This document shows positions 27,548 through 33,795 of a stretch of 33,795 nt of DNA, piece by piece. The notes under the pieces were generated by a model, which saw only the letters and a program-made list of their open reading frames with translations, searched no databases and was not told the origin of the DNA. A program made the translations under genes and the position numbers. This stretch comes from Candidatus Zixiibacteriota bacterium (GTDB taxonomy: Bacteria > Zixibacteria > MSB-5A5 > GN15 > FEB-12). Location of the stretch: assembly GCA_041742355.1 (NCBI GenBank), contig JBGSIV010000203.1, forward strand, positions 1-33,795, given 5' to 3'. Numbering within the stretch: position 1 is the first letter of the stretch; the number at the start of each line of letters is the position of its first letter.

Positions 27548-28297
27548 CTACCACACCTCCGCCGGATACTGCAGGTCGAGGTGGACATGTTGCCCGGGAT
27601 CGACCGTCACCTGACGGCGCAGCGTGTCGGCCATGGGTCCATACACCAGCGCCAGCAGGTGCGATCCGATCGGGATCGAATCAAACTCCGCCGTCCCGTT
27701 CGGCCGCGGGTTCGCCTGCATCGTCGTTGTGCTCCCCAGGCCATTGGGAATCGTGAGGAGCAGCTCGACCGAATCGGCGTAAACCGCTCCGGGAGGCATG
27801 GCGGCCAGGTCGGTCACCACCACCGTCACAGTATTGCGCAGCAAAGCATCGGCATCATTGGCGATTCGCCGGGTCAGCGACGAACCGCCTCCCGACGACG
27901 AAATATCCACGCCGGCCAGCGTATACGGCTTACCCCAGGCATCAAGGGAATAGCTGATCTCCGCGCCGCCGCCGGCTGCATAAAACTCGTCCCGCACATA
28001 CGGACCCCGCCATGTCCCCAGCCCCGGATTGGTCACCAGCGCCACAAGATCGGCCGGCAGCGCTCCCACATCCCCGACATATCCGTAATCCGTCCGCCGC
28101 CCCCCCGATGTCAACTCGGGATTCCCGGCGACTGCCCACGCCAGGCGATCCAGTTCCGCACGGGTCTCCTCCACCCGCACGGCGTCGTTGGCCCCGCGCA
28201 GGGAGCGCATGGTCACCGCCGTGAGCACACCGAGGATTAAGATGACCACGACCATCTCGATCAACGAGTAGCCGCGCTGTTGACGACACGGATTCAT
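27548..28297 (-). CDS. type IV prepilin / GspG-like pseudopilin; paralog 1 (short, 249 aa)
   Basis: QRG|YSLIEMVVVILILGVL; DYGYVGDVGALP...NPGLGTWRGPY...DAWGKPY. Confidence 0.9.
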   Translation of the reverse strand: MNPCRQQRGYSLIEMVVVILILGVLTAVTMRSLRGANDAVRVEETRAELDRLAWAVAGNPELTSGGRRTDYGYVGDVGALPADLVALVTNPGLGTWRGPYVRDEFYAAGGGAEISYSLDAWGKPYTLAGVDISSSGGGSSLTRRIANDADALLRNTVTVVVTDLAAMPPGAVYADSVELLLTIPNGLGSTTTMQANPRPNGTAEFDSIPIGSHLLALVYGPMADTLRRQVTVDPGQHVHLDLQYPAEVW

Positions 28298-28333
28298 CCG
28301 GGCACACCTGTACCTTTAGGGTTCTTCTGCTAG

Positions 28334-28360
28334 TTATCGGCAGGGCAGGGCCCCGGTTTA
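28334..28360 (-). promoter_or_regulatory. sigma28 (FliA/SigD/WhiG-type) promoter of the four-pilin operon
   Basis: Minus strand reads TAAA (28360-28357), exactly 15 nt, GCCGATAA (28341-28334): a full consensus match, 36 nt upstream of the first ATG. Confidence 0.8.
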
Positions 28361-28410
28361 CCGGCCTAAGGTTTTGATAATCAGGAAATTAGATTCCACC
28401 GGCGGGCACG

Positions 28411-28437
28411 AAAAAGCCGCGGACATTCGCCCGCGGC
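28411..28437 (-). terminator. intrinsic terminator after fdx
   Basis: Minus strand reads GCCGCGG-N8-CCGCGGC-TTTTT. Confidence 0.7.
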
Positions 28438-28468
28438 ACTCACGGCTCCCAATTTCACGCAGCCCCGT

Positions 28469-28789
28469 TTAGAACGTGTCGTCCTTGTCCCAGAGCGGCT
28501 CCTTCTCCGGAATCGTAACGACCAGGTCCTTCGTCACCCGGCACTGGCAGGCCAGGCGCGAGGTGGTGGTGAGATTCTCCGCCTCGTCGAGCATATCCTC
28601 TTCGTCTTCGCTCTTCTCGTTCAGCGTCTCGAACCCCTCGTTGATGATCACGTGGCAGGTCGAGCAGGCGCAGTTGCCTCCGCAGTTGTGATCGATACGG
28701 ATATCATTATCCAGGGCGGCATCGAGAATAGCCGAGCCCTCCGGGACATCGACCGTTATATCAGCAGGGAGAAACCGAATCTTCGGCAT
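28469..28789 (-). CDS. fdx: ISC-type [2Fe-2S] ferredoxin (adrenodoxin family)
   Basis: HNCGGNCACSTCHV...EEDMLD.A......SRLACQ. GAGG RBS before ATG 28789. Confidence 0.93.
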   Translation of the reverse strand: MPKIRFLPADITVDVPEGSAILDAALDNDIRIDHNCGGNCACSTCHVIINEGFETLNEKSEDEEDMLDEAENLTTTSRLACQCRVTKDLVVTIPEKEPLWDKDDTF

Positions 28790-28838
28790 CGCTCGTTCCT
28801 CATCCGTTGCATGTTCCACGCGCGGGTTACACGCCATA

Positions 28839-29129
28839 TTATGCATTTGGTTCCTCCGAGGCAATCGTCTTTTCCGATTCATGGGCCGCCCGGTACACCA
28901 CGATGTTGTCGTGCTCGTTGCCGTAGCGAATCGACTTCGCCACGCCGACCAGCCGCGCCGTCAACTGCATGTACGCCCACGGCGGAATAGGCAGGCCACA
29001 CCCCCGAATGAGCACGTGTTTTCCGCTCAGCGGGGCAAAATCGTACCCCGCCACGGCGGCCAGGAAACCATCCTCGGTGAACCGGCCGTTGTCGGTGAAA
29101 TCTTTGGGATCCAATGGGATAAGCGCCAT
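28839..29129 (-). CDS. DUF2480-like protein (short form, 96 aa)
   Basis: EDGF......D......K.V.I.GC...IP.WAYM.L...L...A..I.YG resembles DUF2480 as I recall it. TGATG coupling to iscA. Confidence 0.7.
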   Translation of the reverse strand: MALIPLDPKDFTDNGRFTEDGFLAAVAGYDFAPLSGKHVLIRGCGLPIPPWAYMQLTARLVGVAKSIRYGNEHDNIVVYRAAHESEKTIASEEPNA

Positions 29130-29488
29130 CAGACAGTAAAGGACGAGCCGCACCCGCAGGAGCGCTTGGCCTTGGGATTAGAGAAACTGAAACCGCCCCC
29201 CATCAGGCCCGACTTGAAATCGAGGGTCGTGCCCGTCAGGTACATCAGGGCCTGCATGTCCACCACCACCTTCAGTCCGAAAAACTCGAACTCCTTGTCC
29301 ACGTCGGCCTTCTCGGTGTCAAACGCCATGCTGTACGACATGCCGGAGCACCCCCCGGCCAGGACGCCGAGGCGAAGGTAGGTCGGATTGTCCTTTTCCA
29401 GTAACTGCAGGCGCCGGATCTCCAAAACAGCGGCCTCGGTGACCGTAATCGGCGGCTGCTGCGTGGTCGGGTGTGTCTGGTCCACCAT
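29129..29488 (-). CDS. iscA: A-type Fe-S cluster carrier (IscA/ErpA/HesB family)
   Basis: ITVTEAA, LRLGVLAGGCSGMSY, GTTLDF and F.NP.A..SCGCGSSF motifs. GGAGG RBS. Confidence 0.93.
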   Translation of the reverse strand: MVDQTHPTTQQPPITVTEAAVLEIRRLQLLEKDNPTYLRLGVLAGGCSGMSYSMAFDTEKADVDKEFEFFGLKVVVDMQALMYLTGTTLDFKSGLMGGGFSFSNPKAKRSCGCGSSFTV

Positions 29489-29813
29489 ACGGTTTATCCT
29501 CCGAAGTTGAAATCATCGCTATAGTTAGTCCCCATACCCCATGTTGGGTACGTCATTGGACAACCCCCGCCGATAACCGTTTGTTCCCGGCCGGGAAATT
29601 TTGGCCGCCCGGTTCTCCTCAGCCGCGAATGGCGCGTCCGGCCCGCCGATCATCGGGCGGCAGGGTCCTCCCGCACGCGCCGAAGGTCCCTCGGGCGGTC
29701 CTTTCGGTCGATCAGGGTATGTTCGGTCCAGATTCCCGCGACATTTTCTGTCGCAGATCCTGCGGAAGGAGCGCCCGAAAGAGGAAAAACTTATACATTT
29801 TTCAATTTTGTTG

Positions 29814-29846
29814 TGGACTACATGTATCCCTATTCGTATAATAGGG
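29814..29846 (+). promoter_or_regulatory. sigma70 promoter of the Rrf2 gene with overlapping palindromic operator
   Basis: TGGACT-N17-TATAAT. The inverted repeat CCCTATT-N5-AATAGGG (29828-29846) covers the -10. Confidence 0.65.
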
Positions 29847-29940
29847 CGTCGCGCAAGCGGAAAACGAAGGTAGATTCGTTAATCTATGCCCATGCGCACC
29901 GGTCGCCCGGTGTAACGCCAACATAAGGAAACACGATCGT

Positions 29941-30375
29941 ATGAGACTGTCACGCAAATCCGACTACGCGCTCCGCGCGGTCCGTCACATCGCCAACCTC
30001 CCCACTGGCAAGCTCGGCTCCATCAACTCGATCTCCGAGGCCGAGAGCGTCCCGCGGGAATTCCTCGCCAAGATCCTCAAGGATCTCACCCGCAGCGGTA
30101 TCCTGGTCTCCTACCAGGGCGTAACCGGCGGCTACCGCCTCGCGCACAACCCCAAGGACGTGTCGTTCCTCGACGTTATCGAGGCTATCGACGGCCCGCT
30201 GCACCTGAACCTCTGCACCGAAACCAAGACCTGCACCTGCGACCAGTTCAACGCCTGCCAGCTGCGCGGCTTCTGGGATCAGCAGGAAAAAATGTTCAAG
30301 AAGGCGCTGGAGAAGCAGAACTTCGCCAAGTACCGCCGCAAAGTCCGCCCCACCACGAAGTCGGCGCGCGTCTAA
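29941..30375 (+). CDS. Rrf2 family transcriptional regulator (IscR/NsrR-like, Cys-containing)
   Basis: [20 protein letters not shown]...[18 protein letters not shown] and [15 protein letters not shown]. Divergent from iscA. Confidence 0.93.
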   Translation: MRLSRKSDYALRAVRHIANLPTGKLGSINSISEAESVPREFLAKILKDLTRSGILVSYQGVTGGYRLAHNPKDVSFLDVIEAIDGPLHLNLCTETKTCTCDQFNACQLRGFWDQQEKMFKKALEKQNFAKYRRKVRPTTKSARV

Positions 30376-30414
30376 ATTCGCTCCGGTGCCCGCTCGGGCA
30401 CGACCAGGACTCCC

Positions 30415-30449
30415 GAAATGGGGCTTGTCAGCAAGCCCCATTTCTTTTT
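30415..30449 (+). terminator. intrinsic terminator after the Rrf2 gene
   Basis: GAAATGGGGCTTG-TCAG-CAAGCCCCATTTC 13-bp stem followed by TTTTT. Confidence 0.8.
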
Positions 30450-30578
30450 ATATTCCCCGCGGACCCGGGCGGCAGGGAAACCGGGGCGGCAAAAATGTTT
30501 GTCACTGTGAGCATCCACCGGAGCCGCTCGTACGTTCAACTAGTGGAGCAAATGACCTGGTACAAAAGGAGAATCGCC

Positions 30579-31466
30579 GTGTTCGACAGGTTCAACGATA
30601 AACAGCACAAGGTGAAAGTCGGCCTGGCCGAAATGCTCAAGGGTGGCGTCATCATGGATGTCACCACCGCCGAGCAGGCCCGGATCGCCGAAGCCTCCGG
30701 CGCCGTCGCCGTCATGGCCCTCGAACGGGTGCCGTCCGACATCCGCGCCGAGGGCGGCGTGGCTCGCATGGCCGATCCCGATATCATCGAAGCCATCAAA
30801 CACGCCGTGACCATCCCGGTTATGGCCAAGTGCCGCATTGGCCACATCGCCGAGGCGCGCGTCCTCGAAGCGCTCGAGATCGACTTCATCGACGAATCCG
30901 AGGTCCTGACCCCGGCCGACTACAAGCACCATGTGGACAAGTGGAACTTCAAGGTCCCGTTCGTGTGCGGCTGCCGCAACCTCGGCGAAGCCCTCCGGCG
31001 CATCTCCGAAGGCGCGGCGATGATCCGCACCAAGGGTGAAGCCGGCACCGGGGACATCTCCCACGCCGTCCGCCACCTCCGCGAAATCGGCGCCGCCATG
31101 CGCATGCTCACCACCATGCCCGAGGACGAGCTGTACACGGTTGCCAAGGAGCACCAGGTCTCGATCGACCTCGTGCGGATCGTGGCGAAGATCGGCAAAC
31201 TGCCCGTCCCCAACTTCGCGGCGGGCGGCGTCGCCACTCCGGCCGATGCCGCGCTGTGCATGATGCTCGGCGCCGAAGCTGTTTTCGTCGGCTCCGGCAT
31301 TTTCAAGTCCGACAACCCGGAAAAACGCGCCAAAGCGATCGTCACCGCGACCACCCACTGGCAGGACGCCGTGCGGGTGGGCGATGCCTCGCGCGGACTG
31401 GGCAATGCCATGAAGGGCATCCAGGCCGACAGCATCCCCGAAGAGTCGCTCCTGCAGACCCGCTGA
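30579..31466 (+). CDS. pdxS: pyridoxal 5'-phosphate synthase lyase subunit
   Basis: [52 protein letters not shown] and [13 protein letters not shown] motifs. AGGAG RBS before GTG 30579. Confidence 0.97.
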   Translation: MFDRFNDKQHKVKVGLAEMLKGGVIMDVTTAEQARIAEASGAVAVMALERVPSDIRAEGGVARMADPDIIEAIKHAVTIPVMAKCRIGHIAEARVLEALEIDFIDESEVLTPADYKHHVDKWNFKVPFVCGCRNLGEALRRISEGAAMIRTKGEAGTGDISHAVRHLREIGAAMRMLTTMPEDELYTVAKEHQVSIDLVRIVAKIGKLPVPNFAAGGVATPADAALCMMLGAEAVFVGSGIFKSDNPEKRAKAIVTATTHWQDAVRVGDASRGLGNAMKGIQADSIPEESLLQTR

Positions 31467-31490
31467 GCGACCCCGGAACCCAAGGTTCTG

Positions 31491-31521
31491 CAGGCCCTGT
31501 CGACAGGGCCTGTTTTTTTTT
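31491..31521 (+). terminator. intrinsic terminator after pdxS
   Basis: Perfect 22-bp palindrome CAGGCCCTGTCGACAGGGCCTG followed by a T9 run. Confidence 0.85.
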
Positions 31522-31551
31522 GCTCCTGCCGACCTTCCGCGCTCCCACCGC

Positions 31552-31580
31552 TTGCCATCGCCCGGGAGGGATCGTATACT
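31552..31580 (+). promoter_or_regulatory. sigma70-type promoter
   Basis: TTGCCA-N17-TATACT, about 100 nt upstream of ATG 31678. Confidence 0.65.
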
Positions 31581-31677
31581 GCCCTGTCCCTGAACACAGC
31601 CTCGCAGGGCTGATGTGTCTGTCACCACGAGGGCCGGACGGTGTCCGGCACACGCACCAGGGTACGGATGAGGGTCC

Positions 31678-33795
31678 ATGAAGAACCGATTCAAGCCAGC
31701 CGGAAAGATGCCGCCGGAATTCGAGCCGGCCGCCGAGAAGATTCGCGCCCTCCTCGAGAAGAATGAGTTCCCGCCGGCCTTCCGGTTGCTCCGCCAGATC
31801 GAAAAGCACCATTCCGGGAACAAGGCCTTCTGGCTCCTCCTCGCGCAGTACTACGCCCAGCAGAAAGAGCACGCCGATGCCGCCGAGGCCTTCGAACGCG
31901 CCCTCGCGCTCGACCCGGCCGACAGCGCGATCTACCACAGCTACGCCAACCTCTACTATGCGGCCGATCGGATCGCGGAAGCCAAGGCCGTCCTCCGGCG
32001 CGGAATCGAGCACGCCGGCGACACCCGCGCCTGCTATATGCTCATGGAGAGCCTGCTCGTGGCCGCGAAAGACGTCGACGGCTACCGGCAGCTCGTCGCC
32101 GAAATCCGCGGCCGCCAGGACAGCCCGGACTGGAACCTGCTGTGGTGCGCCGGCGCCGCCTCCCGCACCCAGGTTCCGGTCACCAACATTGATTTCTATC
32201 GACGTTGCCTGGCCGCCGGCTGGGAGGAAACGTGGTTGTTCTACGGGCTGGCTGACCTGCTCTTCCACATGGGACATCTGGAAGCAGCCGAGGATTTCCT
32301 GCGGATTGCCATCCGGAAAGACGGCGCTGAGGTTCGACACTACGAGCTGCTCGTCCAGATCGCGTCAACCGCCCGGCGCCTGTCGAACGAAACGCTCGTG
32401 GCCGCCGCCGGCTGGAAGATCGCCGTCCTCAACGAAGATATCCGCAACCAGATGAACGTCCTCTGGTGGGGCGGCGACACCGAATCCCTGCAGCAGATGC
32501 TCGATGTCTGGGTGAACTGGGTGGGCAAGATCGATACGCTCCTGCTCTCCTTCCGCCACCTGGCGGAGTTCTACCGCCGGGAACAACTCGAGCACGCCGA
32601 ACGGGGGAGACTGCAGTGCGACCCCCTCAAGGCCCTGGAGGAGTGCATCGCGCAACTGGACGAGCGCAAGGACCAACGGTACGCCAGTCTCTACCGCGGC
32701 TGGCTCCACTATTTCCGCAAGGAATACGCCGAAGCCGAAGAGGTGCTCACCGCCGTCCACAAGCGCGTCCGCGTGTCCGACAGTCATCGCGCCGATCTGG
32801 ACGGAGTGCTCGAGGGACTGGCCCGCAGACGCGAACACGAGAAGGGATCCGCACAGCCCGCCCGACCCAAGTCTAAACCGACCGGCGCTCCGGCCTCGAA
32901 AGAACTGCTTGAAATGGGCACGGTACTCGGCGAGGGGAGCCCGTCGCCCGACCGCAAGCCCTCGGTCGGCCTCGACCGCACCGTCGAACACATGCTGCAC
33001 GTCATGACCGGCGACGCCTGCCGCAGCCTGCTCCTCACCGGGCCGTCGGGCATCGGCAAGACCGCCGCCATTCACACGCTCGCCTGGAAGATCCGGCTCG
33101 GCCAGTGCCCCGCCGAACTCGCCGGCTTCCGCGTGTTCCAGACCTCCACGACGCGCCTCCTGGCCGGCGCCAAGTACATCGGAACCTGGCAGGAACGGAT
33201 CGAAAAGGTCTGCACCGAGGCCTCGCGTGCCGAGCGGTTCGTCATCTGCTTCGAAGATATCGAGAACATCGTCGGCGCCGGACGCACTGACGGCGACTCC
33301 AGCTCGTTTGTCAACTACCTGCTCCCGCGTATGCAGAGCGGCGAAATCATCCTCATCGGCGAGCTCGATGCCGGACGGGTCCAGATGCTCTATTCCCGCG
33401 AACCCCGCCTCGAAACAGCCCTGACCGAAATCCGCATTGAAGAGCCGACCGGCGACAAGCTCACCGCCATCCTCCGCGAGAGCGCCTCGGGCGGCCTGCT
33501 CGGCCCGGTCACCGTGACCGAAGCCGCCTTGCAGGAAGCCGTCGCCCTCGCCGAGGTCTTTCTGCCCTACCGGGCTTTCCCCGGCAAAGCGCTCGATTTG
33601 CTCCGACGCGCCGGCGAGCTCTTCCGCGGCGGTGAAACCGGTGCGACCACCCGGATCGACCAGGCCGAGGTCACCCTCGCCTTCTGCGACCGCAGCGGCG
33701 TGCCCGACTTCATCGTCGACTCGCGCCAGTCGCTCGACACCGCCCGCATGCAGTCGTTCTTCGCCGACCGCGTTCTTGGCCAGCAGCGCGCCCTC
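31678..33795 (+). CDS. TPR-repeat protein fused to a ClpA/ClpB-type AAA+ ATPase (3'-partial)
   Basis: Frame +1 is open from ATG 31678 (GAGG RBS) to the window end; I translated it by hand. TPRs include AFWLLLAQYYAQQKEHADAAEAFERALALDP. Clp NBD1 hallmarks: LLTGPSGIGKT (Walker A at 33040-33063), LLAGAKYIG, IVGAG, EEP, R.FPGKALDLL and SGVP. RVLGQ begins NBD2. Confidence 0.9.
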   Translation, partial: MKNRFKPAGKMPPEFEPAAEKIRALLEKNEFPPAFRLLRQIEKHHSGNKAFWLLLAQYYAQQKEHADAAEAFERALALDPADSAIYHSYANLYYAADRIAEAKAVLRRGIEHAGDTRACYMLMESLLVAAKDVDGYRQLVAEIRGRQDSPDWNLLWCAGAASRTQVPVTNIDFYRRCLAAGWEETWLFYGLADLLFHMGHLEAAEDFLRIAIRKDGAEVRHYELLVQIASTARRLSNETLVAAAGWKIAVLNEDIRNQMNVLWWGGDTESLQQMLDVWVNWVGKIDTLLLSFRHLAEFYRREQLEHAERGRLQCDPLKALEECIAQLDERKDQRYASLYRGWLHYFRKEYAEAEEVLTAVHKRVRVSDSHRADLDGVLEGLARRREHEKGSAQPARPKSKPTGAPASKELLEMGTVLGEGSPSPDRKPSVGLDRTVEHMLHVMTGDACRSLLLTGPSGIGKTAAIHTLAWKIRLGQCPAELAGFRVFQTSTTRLLAGAKYIGTWQERIEKVCTEASRAERFVICFEDIENIVGAGRTDGDSSSFVNYLLPRMQSGEIILIGELDAGRVQMLYSREPRLETALTEIRIEEPTGDKLTAILRESASGGLLGPVTVTEAALQEAVALAEVFLPYRAFPGKALDLLRRAGELFRGGETGATTRIDQAEVTLAFCDRSGVPDFIVDSRQSLDTARMQSFFADRVLGQQRAL

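Noticed and set aside
24522..28297. Pilin paralogs as silent cassettes for antigenic variation or DGR targets
   Set aside because: All four are full-length with signal peptides. Shared motifs differ at synonymous positions (old duplication). No recombinase, invertible repeats or reverse transcriptase nearby.
29569..29576. Second GCCGATAA (plus strand) upstream of the Rrf2 gene as a sigma28 promoter
   Set aside because: No TAAA at 15-nt spacing (ACGT instead), it is ~365 nt from the gene, and a good sigma70 promoter lies closer.
852..31823. Many long ORFs antisense to or overlapping real genes (e.g. 852-2168-, 8149-9474-, 9600-10904-, 13169-14488-, 20640-22166-, 25226-26488+, 26485-27756+, 30540-31823-)
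   Set aside because: Shadow ORFs expected from high GC and codon bias. They have no recognisable motifs and each overlaps a well-supported gene.
31763..33749. Short ORFs listed in the track at the right end
   Set aside because: All overlap the single uninterrupted frame +1 TPR-Clp ORF that runs off the window.
1..33795. tRNA, rRNA, CRISPR arrays, IS elements/integrases, Sec/Pyl recoding
   Set aside because: By eye I found no cloverleaf or T-loop motifs in intergenic gaps, no regularly spaced repeats, no transposase motifs, and no conserved gene interrupted by an in-frame stop. tRNAscan and cmscan would be needed to be definitive.

Overview
GC-rich bacterial chromosomal window, most likely from an FCB-group organism. 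A Cys-flanked C-terminal dockerin-like domain and a fused lpxC-fabZ suggest candidate phylum Zixibacteria; this is inference. From left to right it holds: the 3' end of a dockerin-domain gene; a CPBP protease; a sigma4-like/Zn-finger + ribbon-helix-helix pair behind a structured leader; a secreted transglutaminase-like protein; a lipoprotein; YihY; an acylating aldehyde dehydrogenase; a lipid A cluster (lpxC/fabZ, lpxA, GNAT, gnnA-like, lpxB, waaA, lpxK) running into nadB-guaA; an alpha/beta hydrolase; a polyprenyl synthase; a vWA membrane protein; a HisKA-only protein; a saccharopine dehydrogenase-family enzyme; an operon of four paralogous GspG-like prepilins; an iscA-DUF2480-fdx cluster divergent from an Rrf2 regulator; pdxS; and a truncated TPR-fused Clp-type AAA+ gene missing from the ORF track. 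The most striking item is the four-pilin operon (short-long-long-short architecture, no assembly machinery nearby) preceded by a perfect sigma28-type promoter, TAAA-N15-GCCGATAA. I saw no tRNA, rRNA, CRISPR array or IS element.
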